In this document: positions 19,037-29,567 of the stretch, in pieces
Layout: each line of letters opens with the position of its first letter
How positions within the stretch are numbered: the stretch's first letter is position 1
Origin: Candidatus Freyarchaeum deiterrae
GTDB lineage: Archaea; Asgardarchaeota; Jordiarchaeia; Jordiarchaeales; Jordiarchaeaceae
Reading direction: 5' to 3'
NCBI GenBank assembly: GCA_037305845.1
Contig: CP147778.1
Location: 1,312,001-1,376,000 of the forward strand
Length of the DNA: 64,000 bases
Program-made: the position numbers and the translations under genes
The notes under the pieces: model-generated
What the model was told of the DNA's origin: nothing
Databases searched by the model: none
Seen by the model: the letters and a program-made list of their open reading frames with translations, nothing else

Positions 19037-20089
19037 ATGGTGATTATGAAAGCAGCTTTGTTTCAAGGGCCCGATGCTAAACCCATGTTCACAGTTGAAG
19101 AGGTGGAAGAGCCTAAGCCTAAACCCAATGAAGTTGTGGTTGAAGTTGAAGCCTCAGCGTTGTGTGGAACCGATCTTCATATTCTGGATGGATCTCTTCT
19201 AAACAAGGCGTATAAACAACCACCATTAATTGTGGGTCACGAATGGGCAGGAACCGTGGTTGAGATTGGGGGCTCTGCGAAGAAATTTGAGATTGACGAT
19301 CGAGTTTTTAGTGCTCCTAGCTTTTCTTGTGGGGTTTGTAAATTCTGTTTGGAAGGAAAATCTAACCTGTGTGATAACAGAGGAGTTTTTGGTTTACACG
19401 CCCCGGGAAGCAACGCGGAGTACATTGCGGCGCCTCAGGAATCGCTTTATCATCTTTCAGAGGGAATAAGCTTCAGGGTGGGATGCCTGATAGGTGACAC
19501 TCTTGGAACCGCTTACCACGCTATTAGACGCGTACAGGTACAACCAGGAGATACAGTAGCACTTTGGGGTTTGGGACCTGTAGGTATGACTATCGCTCAA
19601 ATGGCTAAGGTTGCGGGCGCCGCGAAAGTGATAGTGGTCGATGTGGTTTCTTCACGGTTGGAACAGATTATTGAGTTAGGAATGGCTGATTTTGCAGTAA
19701 ATGGTAAAGAAAAAGATGCAGTTAGGGAAGTAAAAGAGCTGACCGGCGGAGTGGGTGCGGATATCACCATTGAGGCGACCGGTGTTGATTCAGCTCTAGG
19801 ACAAGCCTTTGACGCACTGCGTAAGGGAGGAAAGTTATTGTTGGTGGGCACGCACTCTAAGAATTACAATCTATGGTCTCTTGCAGTAATGTATAGGGAA
19901 ATTTCGATTATTGGAACATTCGCTCATGTTCCAGTCGAGGCTGAACGGTTCATAAATCTCGTTGAATCAGGAAGAATTAAACTGGAGCCGCTAATTACCC
20001 ACGAATTTGGCTTAGATAAGGTGAATACCGCGTTTGAGCTTTTCATGGCTAGGAAAACTAACAAGGTTATTCTTTATCCAAAGAAGTAG
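19037..20089 (+). CDS. Zn-dependent alcohol dehydrogenase (threonine/sorbitol dehydrogenase-like MDR)
   Basis: CGTDLH, GHEWAG, structural-Zn CGVCKFC...C, GLGPVG. Confidence 0.9.
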   Translation: MVIMKAALFQGPDAKPMFTVEEVEEPKPKPNEVVVEVEASALCGTDLHILDGSLLNKAYKQPPLIVGHEWAGTVVEIGGSAKKFEIDDRVFSAPSFSCGVCKFCLEGKSNLCDNRGVFGLHAPGSNAEYIAAPQESLYHLSEGISFRVGCLIGDTLGTAYHAIRRVQVQPGDTVALWGLGPVGMTIAQMAKVAGAAKVIVVDVVSSRLEQIIELGMADFAVNGKEKDAVREVKELTGGVGADITIEATGVDSALGQAFDALRKGGKLLLVGTHSKNYNLWSLAVMYREISIIGTFAHVPVEAERFINLVESGRIKLEPLITHEFGLDKVNTAFELFMARKTNKVILYPKK

Positions 20090-20181
20090 TAACCAAATTA
20101 ACCGAAAAAATCAGGATTCCCAAAGCCTATTTTTATTGTGAGTTAAAAAAAAGATTTCACCGCAAAGTATTTAGTTCAAAG

Positions 20182-20760
20182 TCATTTTGAGAGTTTAAAT
20201 CCTAAAAAGCCGGATAAGGTACCTAAAGCTAACAGGACTAGGATGCCTACCCAGTTGAAGGCGTAGCCTATCTGAATAAATTCGATTTGGAATGGGATGT
20301 AGAATGGGACGTAATATTTTATATAGACGAATTCGTATGGAGTGTAATTCGTTAAGCGAATGAATACGCTAAAAATTGAGACGGATAAACCGATTAGTAA
20401 ACTGTCTGGAAATAGTTTTTTCTCACCACTCCATGAAAAATACAGTACTACCGCTACTAAAACAGCTACGCAAGTAGTAGCTATCCCATATATGAGATCA
20501 AGGATATAGTAATACCCGTAGGGTATAAATTGGGAGTAAGATCCTGTAATTATTGGAATGAGGTAAGGTGCCAAAGCAGCAAGCGCTGCCAATAGAAAAA
20601 GGCTAAAACCAGCAGCCACAAAAATAAAAGTTAGACCCCTTTTAGGTGAATAATCCTCATCATACTCGACAACTTCTTCATCTTTTTCCTCAGATTTACC
20701 ATTCTCAGAGGTTGAATCCTTTGGGGTTTTAGGCATATTTTCATCTTCTTTCAATCTCAA
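20182..20760 (-). CDS. Hypothetical membrane protein (about 4 TM helices)
   Basis: Acidic N-terminus followed by four hydrophobic segments. Confidence 0.6.
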   Translation of the reverse strand: MRLKEDENMPKTPKDSTSENGKSEEKDEEVVEYDEDYSPKRGLTFIFVAAGFSLFLLAALAALAPYLIPIITGSYSQFIPYGYYYILDLIYGIATTCVAVLVAVVLYFSWSGEKKLFPDSLLIGLSVSIFSVFIRLTNYTPYEFVYIKYYVPFYIPFQIEFIQIGYAFNWVGILVLLALGTLSGFLGFKLSK

Positions 20761-20948
20761 TCTAATAGGTAATTGGGAAATTGATTAGGATTTAGTAATT
20801 TTAGACGCGTTAAAAAGCTTATCTAGCCATTTACAAGAATTGGGAGTAAAAGCCAAAAACCACCCACCTATTAAAAAACGAGTGCTTCCATCGATTGAGT
20901 AAAAAATGAGCTGACTTAAAAAACATGAATGCAGTTATTGGTATATTT

Positions 20949-20984
20949 AAAAAAATATCTGTACCCAAGTAATCGGGTACAGAT
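20949..20984 (-). terminator. Hairpin plus T-run, terminator-like
   Basis: Perfect 10-bp stem ATCTGTACCC/GGGTACAGAT (20957-20984) followed on the minus strand by T7. Confidence 0.45.
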
Positions 20985-21180
20985 TCAGACGTTGATGATC
21001 TATCTTTGATTTATCGCCTATCTTATGTTCGAATGTTTCTCAAACCGCTAGGTCTTAACCGCTTTCCCCAAAGTTAAGTAAACAGAGCACCTAAATTAGG
21101 ATTTTTTAGTACTCGGTCATTGTAATTGATAAAGTGGTATCTGAGCCCACTTTAGTTCAAGAACCGATATTAACCAGTTT

Positions 21181-21447
21181 TTATGTTTCGCCTTCTTCTG
21201 CGTAGAATTCAAGTGCCTGCCTTTTTAGTTCTTCTCGTTCGTCTTCGTCTATTTCAAGTTTTTTCTCGTTATCTCCTTCGACTACTATAGTTTTGTCCTT
21301 TGGGGTGTGGGGTATTTTGACCACTAGGCGGTATGCTTTGGAGTCTGTGGGTTCTTTTTTGTAGCCGCACTTCCTGCATATGAGTTGACTTTTTCCGTCT
21401 TCCTTTTTAGGCATCAAGAGTGTTCCATCATTTGGACAGAATGACAA
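21181..21447 (-). CDS. TFS/RpoM (RPB9/RPA12-like) protein with only the N-terminal zinc ribbon
   Basis: (M)SFCPNDGTLLMPK...CRKCGY. Likely TTG start after GGTGA. No C-terminal RSADE zinc ribbon. Confidence 0.7.
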   Translation of the reverse strand: MSFCPNDGTLLMPKKEDGKSQLICRKCGYKKEPTDSKAYRLVVKIPHTPKDKTIVVEGDNEKKLEIDEDEREELKRQALEFYAEEGET

Positions 21448-21985
21448 TTTTTTCACCTTTTTTTGGTAGCTCTTTTCACCTTCAATTTTTATACTCGCGT
21501 AATTACGATACTTGCCCATATATGAGTTTTTCTAACGCATCAATGAAGAAAAAAAACGAGGTTCGACCAGTTAATTTACACATAGTTATATAAAAAAACA
21601 CAAGCTGGCAGATATAATTTTAAAATTTTGAATATACAATTAACAATAGTTAAGTTAAAAGGTCTACTCCTAATGTAATTCCTACTTCTGGGTTAAGAAC
21701 AGTCCATCTTATAATTATTGCCCGTACCGTGGTGGCTATTATTCCTTTCAGTAAGAGGCCGAGGTTCTTATGATATAATGATGCTCGTAATTGCAACAAA
21801 TACAGATTTAACTGATAATGGTTCTGTTCTAGCGTTTTCCCCAATTCCTTCGACCTAGCTTAACTTGAAATTTGCGCTGCCTTTTCATTCAGTTTATAGT
21901 AAGGTTTTGGATGTGGTTAATCACTATTGCCCGAAAAGATTAATAAATTACATACTGACAAAATTGTTATTGGATGGTGTAACAG

Positions 21986-22921
21986 ATGTCAGGGGAAGAA
22001 AGAACTGATTACTGCTGGATTGATGGCGAATTCGTCGAATGGGATAATGCAAAAGTTCACATTAAGACCCATGCTCTTCATTATGGTAGTGGAGTTTTTG
22101 AGGGAATACGAGGGTATGCAACCAAAGACAAAAATGTTTACATATTCAGGTTGAAGGACCACGTAGATCGATTGTTCTACTCGGCAAAAATTTACAAGAT
22201 GGAAATTCCGTACACTAAAGAAGAAATGTCTAACGCCATAATTGAACTGGTAAAAAAGAATAACATAAAAGAAACAATTTACATTCGCCCGATTGTTTTC
22301 AGGGGATATGGTCCCCTTGGACTCAATCCATTCAATTGCCCGGTGAGTGCAGCGATTTATATTGTGCCTTTTGGGAGGTATTTAGGCCCAGAAGCTCTGG
22401 AAAAGGGTGTTAAATGCTGCTTTACTTCATGGGAGAGAATTTCACCCAGAGCTCTACCACCAGAGGCCAAGGCTTGCGGTCAATACATCAACAGTATTCT
22501 TGCAAAGATGGAGGCTATCGAGAACGGATATGATGAAGCATTATTTTTAGACCATAGAGGATTCGTAAGTGAGGGGAGTGGAGAAAATATTTTTATGATT
22601 AAGGATCAAACTGCGATAACCCCTCCAGTAACCGCATCAATTCTTATTGGAATTACACGTGATTCGGTAATAAAACTCATGGGCAGTGATTTAAAAGTTC
22701 CTCTATTTGAGCAGGATGTAACAAGAGCCGCTATGTACAATATGGATGAAGTTTTTATAACTGGGACTGCAGGAGAAGTAACACCCGTGGTCGAAATAGA
22801 TAAACGTGTAATTGGTGATGGGAAGCCTGGGCCGATAACTAGAAAAGTTCAGAAGGCTTTCTCAGATGTCACGCTAGGAAAGAACCCCCGGTACGAGGGC
22901 TGGGTGACCCCTGTTTATTAA
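21986..22921 (+). CDS. ilvE: Branched-chain amino acid aminotransferase
   Basis: LHYGSGVFEGIRGY, AKACGQY, EGSGENIF, ILIGITR, DEVFITGTAGEVTPV. Confidence 0.95.
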   Translation: MSGEERTDYCWIDGEFVEWDNAKVHIKTHALHYGSGVFEGIRGYATKDKNVYIFRLKDHVDRLFYSAKIYKMEIPYTKEEMSNAIIELVKKNNIKETIYIRPIVFRGYGPLGLNPFNCPVSAAIYIVPFGRYLGPEALEKGVKCCFTSWERISPRALPPEAKACGQYINSILAKMEAIENGYDEALFLDHRGFVSEGSGENIFMIKDQTAITPPVTASILIGITRDSVIKLMGSDLKVPLFEQDVTRAAMYNMDEVFITGTAGEVTPVVEIDKRVIGDGKPGPITRKVQKAFSDVTLGKNPRYEGWVTPVY

Positions 22922-23151
22922 CAGTTATTGTGTAAGTTTTCCTTAATCTAATCTATTTTTATTTGTCTGTTTTTGGGTTTCAACTTTTCGGCAAAATTAA
23001 TATACCAACATTTCTTCTTTTTTAAGGAATGCCAACTATAAGCATAGCGCAAGGAGACAACATAAGTTTCCTTAGAAATGTGTAAGCAACAATTCGCCCA
23101 GGTTAGTTGTATTGACATGAGGCATTTGATAATAGCTTTGGGAGTATAGTA

Positions 23152-23775
23152 ATGATTAAGAGTATTGTATTTGATTTAGACGGAGTTCTAGTGGCTTTAA
23201 ACCTGGAAATGAACATTTTACAAGAAAGGCTGAAAGAAGTATTAGATGCTAGAGTAGAAGCTGAAAAAATGTTTAGTGTCTGTGAAAAGTTGGCAATAGA
23301 GGATTTTGAACGGTATAAAAAGGCCCTAAATTCTCTGGATAGCGTGGAATTAGAGGCTATAGATAAAACCATGGAGATTTATCCAGAAGCAAAGAGCGTT
23401 CTTGAGAGCTTAAGAAAAGACTACGAAATTGCTCTAGTCACACTTCAAGGAAAGAAACCAGCGTACAAGATACTTGACATATTGGGTATAAGGGACTTCT
23501 TTAAAGCCATTTTTACCAGAGAGAATTCATTTTCTCGCCAAGAACAGATAAAACTTGCAGGTGAGGCTTTAGATTTCCCGTTTGAAGAGATTTTGGTGGT
23601 TGGAGATAGAAAGAATGATGTCCACTGCGCTAGAAATCTTGGATGCAAGGCGTTAATAATTAAGAGACCGTACACAGAGATACCGGGAATGACTGTTATA
23701 AGTTCTCTTGAGGAAATCCCCAATGAAATAGAAAATATTAACAAAGAGTATAATAAAATGCAAACCTCCGAATAA
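23152..23775 (+). CDS. HAD family hydrolase
   Basis: FDLDGVL motif I, VT motif II, VGDRKND motif IV. Confidence 0.85.
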   Translation: MIKSIVFDLDGVLVALNLEMNILQERLKEVLDARVEAEKMFSVCEKLAIEDFERYKKALNSLDSVELEAIDKTMEIYPEAKSVLESLRKDYEIALVTLQGKKPAYKILDILGIRDFFKAIFTRENSFSRQEQIKLAGEALDFPFEEILVVGDRKNDVHCARNLGCKALIIKRPYTEIPGMTVISSLEEIPNEIENINKEYNKMQTSE

Positions 23776-23787
23776 GCCACCTTTATA

Positions 23788-24486
23788 CTATTCTTTAGCG
23801 GTTTTTTCTTTGTGTCTGGATTCAAGTTCTGCGAATATTTTATCTATGTTAATGTTTTGGTATGCGAGCAGAACCATCATGTGGAATAGTAGATCTGTGG
23901 ATTCGTGAACTATTTCCTTTTCTTCATTGTTTTCTGAGGCTTGTATGAGTTCACTGGACTCCTCGTCTATTTTTTCTAGTATCTTGTTTTTTCCCTCTTT
24001 CACGAGCTGGGCTACATAGGAATTAACGGTTGGCCTCTCTATTCGATTTTTTATGACGCTGAATACTTCTTCAAGTATCTTTGCCTTTCCGTAAACTTCC
24101 TCTGGCTCGAAGATTTTTTCTTCTAAAAATTCTTCGCCCTCGATCTTATTGTGAAAACAAGTGAAGTAGCCTTCATGGCAGCATGCCGTAACTTGCTCGA
24201 CCTTAAAGAGAAGCGTATCGGCATCGCAATCGTAATAGGCTTCTCGGACCACTTGATAGTGTTTTGATTCTTCTCCCTTCATCCATATTTTATTTCGTGT
24301 TCGACTGAAATAGTGCATGTAACCAGTTGATAGAGTTTTTATTAGGGATTCTCGGTTCATAAAGCCTACCATAAGTACTGTGTTAGTAGCGATGTCTTGG
24401 GTTACCGCTGGTATCAAACCATTCATTTTGCCAAAGTCAAGCTTGGATAGGAGAGTATCCATGTTTTCTTTACTTGTTTGGTTCAA
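23788..24486 (-). CDS. hisIE: Bifunctional phosphoribosyl-AMP cyclohydrolase / phosphoribosyl-ATP pyrophosphatase
   Basis: GLIPAVTQD, W.KGEES, DCDADTLL, CHEG..TCF, then the HisE segment SY...EK..EE..E...DLLFH. Confidence 0.93.
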   Translation of the reverse strand: MNQTSKENMDTLLSKLDFGKMNGLIPAVTQDIATNTVLMVGFMNRESLIKTLSTGYMHYFSRTRNKIWMKGEESKHYQVVREAYYDCDADTLLFKVEQVTACCHEGYFTCFHNKIEGEEFLEEKIFEPEEVYGKAKILEEVFSVIKNRIERPTVNSYVAQLVKEGKNKILEKIDEESSELIQASENNEEKEIVHESTDLLFHMMVLLAYQNINIDKIFAELESRHKEKTAKE

Positions 24487-24495
24487 CTTTTTCCC

Positions 24496-25302
24496 TCACA
24501 ACCTTACTGGAATGTTTCTTTCTTCGAGATATTTTTTTACCTCTTCAATAGAGTAAGCCCCGTAGTGGAAAATGGAAGCCGCTAACGCCGCGTCAGCCTT
24601 TCCTTTGGATAAAACTTCGTAGATGTGCTCTAGGTCTCCAGCTCCACCCGACGCAATAAGGGGAATATTAACTTTTTCGCAAATAGTTCTTGTTAGAATT
24701 AAATCGTATCCATTTTTTGTGCCGTCGTAGTCCATGCTTGTGAGAAGAATCTCACCGGCACCTTCCTGTTCCACTTGGATCGCCCATTTAATGGCGTCCT
24801 TTCCCGTGGGTTTTCTACCGCCGTAGGTGTATACTTCCCACCAGCATTTTCCCTCTGGTGTATCCACTACAATCTTATCAGAAGCAGCTTCTTCATCGTA
24901 CACTCTTTTCGCATCTATAGCACAGACTATACACTGGCTACCGAACCTTCGAGAGGCTTCATAGATAATTTTGGGTTTTTCCACTGCGGAAGTGTTAATA
25001 GCTATTTTATCCGCCCCTGCGCGGAGAATTTGCCTGATATCATCCAGGCCTCTGATTCCGCCGCCTACAGTGAAAGGAATGAACACTCGATCCGCGGTTC
25101 TCTTAACCACATCTATTAAAATTTCACGTTTATCGCTTGACGCGGTTACATCCAGAAATACGAGTTCATCCGCACCCTGCTGGCTGTATAGTTCTCCGAG
25201 TTCGGGAGGATCTCCCGCATCTCTCAAGTTTTTGAATTTTATACCCTTAACAACTCTTCCCCCAGTCATATCCAGGCAGGGAATTATTCTTTTCGCAAGC
25301 AT
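24496..25302 (-). CDS. hisF: Imidazole glycerol phosphate synthase cyclase subunit
   Basis: [40 protein letters not shown]. Confidence 0.97.
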   Translation of the reverse strand: MLAKRIIPCLDMTGGRVVKGIKFKNLRDAGDPPELGELYSQQGADELVFLDVTASSDKREILIDVVKRTADRVFIPFTVGGGIRGLDDIRQILRAGADKIAINTSAVEKPKIIYEASRRFGSQCIVCAIDAKRVYDEEAASDKIVVDTPEGKCWWEVYTYGGRKPTGKDAIKWAIQVEQEGAGEILLTSMDYDGTKNGYDLILTRTICEKVNIPLIASGGAGDLEHIYEVLSKGKADAALAASIFHYGAYSIEEVKKYLEERNIPVRL

Positions 25303-25303
25303 T

Positions 25304-26020
25304 TTACGTAGCTCCCATTTTAATTGCTTCTTTCAAATCTAGGGTTCCTTCAAAGAAGGCTTTACCTATAACTACTCCACTTACTCCGATTTTTTTCAGA
25401 TTCGAAATATCTTCAAGGTTTCGAACGCCACCAGAAGCCACCACGTCAATCTCTACGGATTGAACCAGTTTCTCGATTGTTGGTAGATCAACTCCTTTGA
25501 AGGTTCCGTCTCGTGAGATGGATGTTGATAGGATCCAACCAGCACCCAGTTTTTCCATCTTCGCAGCCATTTGAAACAAGTCGTGCTGAGTGACTCTCTT
25601 CCAACCTTCAATGGCAACCTTCTCATTTTTGTAATCCAGAGAAACCATCACATGCCTTGAACCAATTTTTTGAGCTAAATCACTAACGATTTTAGAATTT
25701 TTAATTGCTTCTGAACCCAAAATTATTCTCTCTGCTCCTTGTGAATAAAGATTCTGTGCTTTCTCTACGCTCCTTATGCCTCCTCCTATCTCCACTTTTG
25801 TAGTAACAGTTTTCATTATGTTAATTATTATATTGAGATTATCTCCAAGACCAAGCGCAGCATCCAGGTCTACAACATGGATTGCTTCCGCTCCTTCATT
25901 TTCCCATCGCAGAGCAGCGTCTATGGGATTTTGGTAGTACACTTTTGCGGTTTCAGGGGTACCTTTAGTTAGTCGAACGCATTTTCCCGCTAGGATATCA
26001 ACAGAAGGAATTACTAACAT
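25304..26020 (-). CDS. hisA: ProFAR isomerase
   Basis: IPSVDI..GKCVRL, HVVDLD, GGGIR, DGT..G, ASGGV. Confidence 0.95.
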   Translation of the reverse strand: MLVIPSVDILAGKCVRLTKGTPETAKVYYQNPIDAALRWENEGAEAIHVVDLDAALGLGDNLNIIINIMKTVTTKVEIGGGIRSVEKAQNLYSQGAERIILGSEAIKNSKIVSDLAQKIGSRHVMVSLDYKNEKVAIEGWKRVTQHDLFQMAAKMEKLGAGWILSTSISRDGTFKGVDLPTIEKLVQSVEIDVVASGGVRNLEDISNLKKIGVSGVVIGKAFFEGTLDLKEAIKMGAT

Positions 26021-26022
26021 TT

Positions 26023-26631
26023 TTACTCCCTACAAAGTCTAACAAAGTTTTCCAGTATTTTGATCCCTACTCTTCCAGATTTTTCCGGGTGAAACTGTGT
26101 CGCATAAACATTCTTGTTATTTATAATCGATGAAAATCTAACTCCGTATTCAGTCCAGGCTAAGGTAACGGTAGGATTTTCTGGAACAGGGTAATAAGAG
26201 TGAACGAAGTACACGTATGAGTTATCGGGGATACCTTCAAGAAGAAGGTTTTTACTTTTGTCTAGAATTAATGTGTTCCAGCCGATGTGGGGAATTTTAA
26301 CACTGGGAGGTAGTTTAATTACTCTTCCTTTAATGATGTCTAGTCCCTTAAATAAGCCGTCTTCGGTGCTTTCGCTGAACAGAAGTTGCATTCCAAGACA
26401 TATTCCTAGTAAAGGTTTGCCATCATCAATGTAGTCTAAAACGAATTTAGATAGTGGTTTCAGGTTTTTTATCGCGTCTCGAAAAGCTCCCACTCCAGGA
26501 AGGGCTAAAGCATCCGACTTGGATAATTCTTTCTCTTTATTTGAGATAATACAGTCAGCTCCTACTTTCCGGAGCGCGTTTTCCAGGCTCCTTAAATTAC
26601 CCATTCCGTAGTCAACTATGCCGACGAGCAT
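26023..26631 (-). CDS. hisH: Imidazole glycerol phosphate synthase glutaminase subunit
   Basis: DYGMGNL, LPGVGAF, GICLGMQ, YFVHSY, QFHPEKSG. Confidence 0.97.
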   Translation of the reverse strand: MLVGIVDYGMGNLRSLENALRKVGADCIISNKEKELSKSDALALPGVGAFRDAIKNLKPLSKFVLDYIDDGKPLLGICLGMQLLFSESTEDGLFKGLDIIKGRVIKLPPSVKIPHIGWNTLILDKSKNLLLEGIPDNSYVYFVHSYYPVPENPTVTLAWTEYGVRFSSIINNKNVYATQFHPEKSGRVGIKILENFVRLCRE

Positions 26632-27212
26632 TAGATAGACCCCTTTACACTAGGTACTTCTCCTTCTCCTCTCCTAGAATCAATACTAACAGCTTGTCTC
26701 AGAGATATCGCTAGAGCTTTGAATAGAGCTTCGACTTTGTGGTGATTGTTATCGCCGTATAGTATTTTGGTGTGTAGATTCATGTTAGCACTCTGGGCAA
26801 AAGAAAATAGAAAGTGCTTTATGTCTTCAGCTTCCATGTCTTCTATAGTGGCCTCTTTAAAATCTAGGTCTAGATTCACGTAACTTCGACCGCCAATGTC
26901 TATTGAGACTAGTACCAGAGAGTCGTCCATTGGTGTAATCGCCCAGCCGAAGCGGAAGATTCCCTTCTTTTTCCCTAGAGCCTTTGTCAGAGCTTCTCCT
27001 AGCGTCAAAGCGACGTCTTCAATAATATGGTGACTTAGATCTCCCTCGGCTTTGATATCAAGATCTATAAGGGAGTGTTTTGAGAGAGTCCGCAGTTGAT
27101 GGTCTAGAAAGTTTATACCTGTTTGAATATTTCCTTTTCCAGTTCCATCTAGATCTATTTCAACTTCTACTTTAGTTTCTAGAGTTTCCCTTTTTACTTT
27201 AGCATTTCTCAT
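26631..27212 (-). CDS. hisB: Imidazoleglycerol-phosphate dehydratase
   Basis: RET.ET, FLDHQL, HHIIED, PMDD, NNHHKVEALFKA. Confidence 0.96.
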   Translation of the reverse strand: MRNAKVKRETLETKVEVEIDLDGTGKGNIQTGINFLDHQLRTLSKHSLIDLDIKAEGDLSHHIIEDVALTLGEALTKALGKKKGIFRFGWAITPMDDSLVLVSIDIGGRSYVNLDLDFKEATIEDMEAEDIKHFLFSFAQSANMNLHTKILYGDNNHHKVEALFKALAISLRQAVSIDSRRGEGEVPSVKGSI

Positions 27213-28446
27213 TTTTCATCATCTCAAAGTTGGTAAAGAGTGGTGATAAATCATTCGGAGTGGTTAATATAACATCTGTGTCTAGTGAAAGATACTTTTT
27301 AACCAGCATTTCACGGTCAGTTGCGGAGCATAAGACACCTATACTCAGAACAGAATATTTGCTTTGCTCCTGCGCTCTTTTTGCCGCTATTATGTCAGCG
27401 ACCGTGTCTCCCACGTAGCCAAAAATTTGGCTGGGAGGATTTATTTTATCAGCCACGGTTAACAGTGAGTAGGGATCTGGTTTTTCTAAATTTTTGTTTA
27501 CGCCCTTATTTCGAAGATTATTCTCAGCTGACATTATTTCCTCTAAGAAAATTGATGAATCCAAGTCAAAGTATCTCTCTAGATTCTCATACTTCTGAAG
27601 CACGGGGATTGTTTGGCTGCGCTGGCGACCGGAGGCGATACCGAATCTTGAGAAACCCAAATCTAGAATCATGTTGTCAAGAACCTCCTTTTTTATTATA
27701 GGCTTTTCGTTCTCGATCAGGCCGGATTCCTTATAGAAAAGGGGGTCGACATTGTAAATATCCTTGAACAATTCACTGCCATTGTACATTTCTTCGAAGT
27801 ATCTTTTGATAATGTTAAAATCAAAAATGGTTCCATGGTAAAGACAAAGCTTCTCCAAAATGCTAGACGCTTGGTCCATGGTTAAGCCGAGACTTTGAAC
27901 TAGTTTGTTTTTCGTTACCTCTTCGGATGAGGGTAAACCTCTCACATCCATTGAATCAGCGTATTCTTCAAGACTCCAATTGCCAAAGCGACTAGAAGCC
28001 AATCTCACAGAATCGAAACCAATTGATTTACACAAGGCTCCAAATTCTTCAAGTCTTCTAATTTTTGATTTTAAGTTACCATTTCCTTTCATTAATGAAA
28101 AAAGTTCTTTCTTGCGGTTTTTTAGGTTAATTATGAGAAGGGTTACATAGTATAAAATAACTCCGTACGTTAAGTGCCAGTCATTGTTGAAGCCCCCCGA
28201 ATTTTTGAATAAATTGATTTCCTCAGGGGTGATAATGTCCTCCGTGATTTCTCCAAGTCCAATGATTTCTGTAATGTACCATTTTGAGGTTTTCATTATC
28301 GCTTCTATAAAAGAACCTGAAGCATCTATAAGAACTCCATCGCAGTCGAATATGAGAAATTTTAGTTGTTCGAGGAGTTCCACTGAAGATTTTTTTACGT
28401 ATGCCTTTTCCCCGCTGGGTAATTTGAGTTCGAGATAATTTTTCAT
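27199..28446 (-). CDS. Large HAD family phosphatase, candidate histidinol-phosphate phosphatase
   Basis: FDCDGVL, GGFNNDW, EKPDP, YVGDTVAD motifs; lies between hisC and hisB with overlapping stop/start. Confidence 0.7.
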   Translation of the reverse strand: MKNYLELKLPSGEKAYVKKSSVELLEQLKFLIFDCDGVLIDASGSFIEAIMKTSKWYITEIIGLGEITEDIITPEEINLFKNSGGFNNDWHLTYGVILYYVTLLIINLKNRKKELFSLMKGNGNLKSKIRRLEEFGALCKSIGFDSVRLASSRFGNWSLEEYADSMDVRGLPSSEEVTKNKLVQSLGLTMDQASSILEKLCLYHGTIFDFNIIKRYFEEMYNGSELFKDIYNVDPLFYKESGLIENEKPIIKKEVLDNMILDLGFSRFGIASGRQRSQTIPVLQKYENLERYFDLDSSIFLEEIMSAENNLRNKGVNKNLEKPDPYSLLTVADKINPPSQIFGYVGDTVADIIAAKRAQEQSKYSVLSIGVLCSATDREMLVKKYLSLDTDVILTTPNDLSPLFTNFEMMKNEKC

Positions 28447-29567
28447 TTTTGATCCTCACTAAAGATCTCTTTGATGCATTGTAGTAGCCTTTGATTTAAC
28501 GGTCTTGGGCCGAGTGTTATTCTCAGGCAATTGTTGAGAAGAGGTAGCTCGCTGCGGTCTCTAACTAAAATTTTTTTATCCAAAAGTCTGCTCTGCAAAG
28601 TTTTGGCGGTATAGTTTGGTTTCACAACCCTTACGAGCAGGAAATTGGTTTGTGACGGATATGGTTTCAGGTTTTCGTTTTTGTTTAGCTGGCCGTAGAG
28701 AAATTCTCGTTCTTTTTTTATCTCAGATATTTTTTCGGATAAATAGTCCCAGTTCTTTATTAGTATTGGAACCATTTTTTGAGCAAGCTTGTTAACGTTA
28801 TAGGGAACCACTGTTTTTCTTAGGGTGTCTGCCAGGGTCGAGTTAGTTGCAGCGAAGCCTATTCTTAACCCAGCAATTCCGAACGACTTGGAAAAGGATC
28901 TAAGAACTATTAAGTTGTCGTACTCGTTAATCCACTTGATTAAAGTGTAATCAGCAAAATCAACATAGGCTTCATCCACCGCAACGATACAACCACTTTC
29001 CTCTACTATGCGTTTAACATCTTCCTTAGGATACTGGTTTCCGGTTGGATTATTTGGAGAGCAAAGAATTATGATTCGCGTCTTTTTTGTTACGGCTTTT
29101 AGCACCGCGTCGACGTTTGGTGTAAAGTCCTTATTTAGTAGTACACTTCGAGGTTTTCCATTTAGGAGTACAGTGTAGAAGCGGTATACACTAAAGGTTG
29201 GCTCCAGAATTATGGTTTCGCAGCCAGGGTCAATAAAAACCTTTGTTAGAATATCTAAAGATTCATCCGAACCATTTCCTAGTACAGTTTCAGAGGCTTG
29301 TATTCCGAAATGTTCAGCTATAGCTTCTCTGGCTTCAAGGGTTTCTGGATCAGGGTATAAACGGAAATCCAGAGTTGAAAGAGCTTCTCTAGCTCTTTCT
29401 ATAATCCAGTCCTTTTCTATAAACAGGTTTTCGTTGGCGTGAAGTGGCAAAATGTCTTCCGTGGGCACTCCAAGTTTTTTAGCCAATTCGTCGGGGCTAA
29501 GCTCTCCCTGATATGGTTGGAAACCGGATACTATTTTGCGTACGAGTTCTTCATTTTTCATTTGCAA
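28443..29567 (-). CDS. hisC: Histidinol-phosphate aminotransferase
   Basis: ANEN, GNGSDE, SPNNPTG, DEAY, RSFSKSFGIAGLRIG. Confidence 0.95.
   Translation of the reverse strand: MQMKNEELVRKIVSGFQPYQGELSPDELAKKLGVPTEDILPLHANENLFIEKDWIIERAREALSTLDFRLYPDPETLEAREAIAEHFGIQASETVLGNGSDESLDILTKVFIDPGCETIILEPTFSVYRFYTVLLNGKPRSVLLNKDFTPNVDAVLKAVTKKTRIIILCSPNNPTGNQYPKEDVKRIVEESGCIVAVDEAYVDFADYTLIKWINEYDNLIVLRSFSKSFGIAGLRIGFAATNSTLADTLRKTVVPYNVNKLAQKMVPILIKNWDYLSEKISEIKKEREFLYGQLNKNENLKPYPSQTNFLLVRVVKPNYTAKTLQSRLLDKKILVRDRSELPLLNNCLRITLGPRPLNQRLLQCIKEIFSEDQK

Noticed and set aside
21829-21888. Basic 19-aa ORF MKRQRKFQVKLGRRNWGKR on the minus strand, superficially eL41-like
   Set aside because: It lacks the KWxKKRxRRL pattern and is too short to support.
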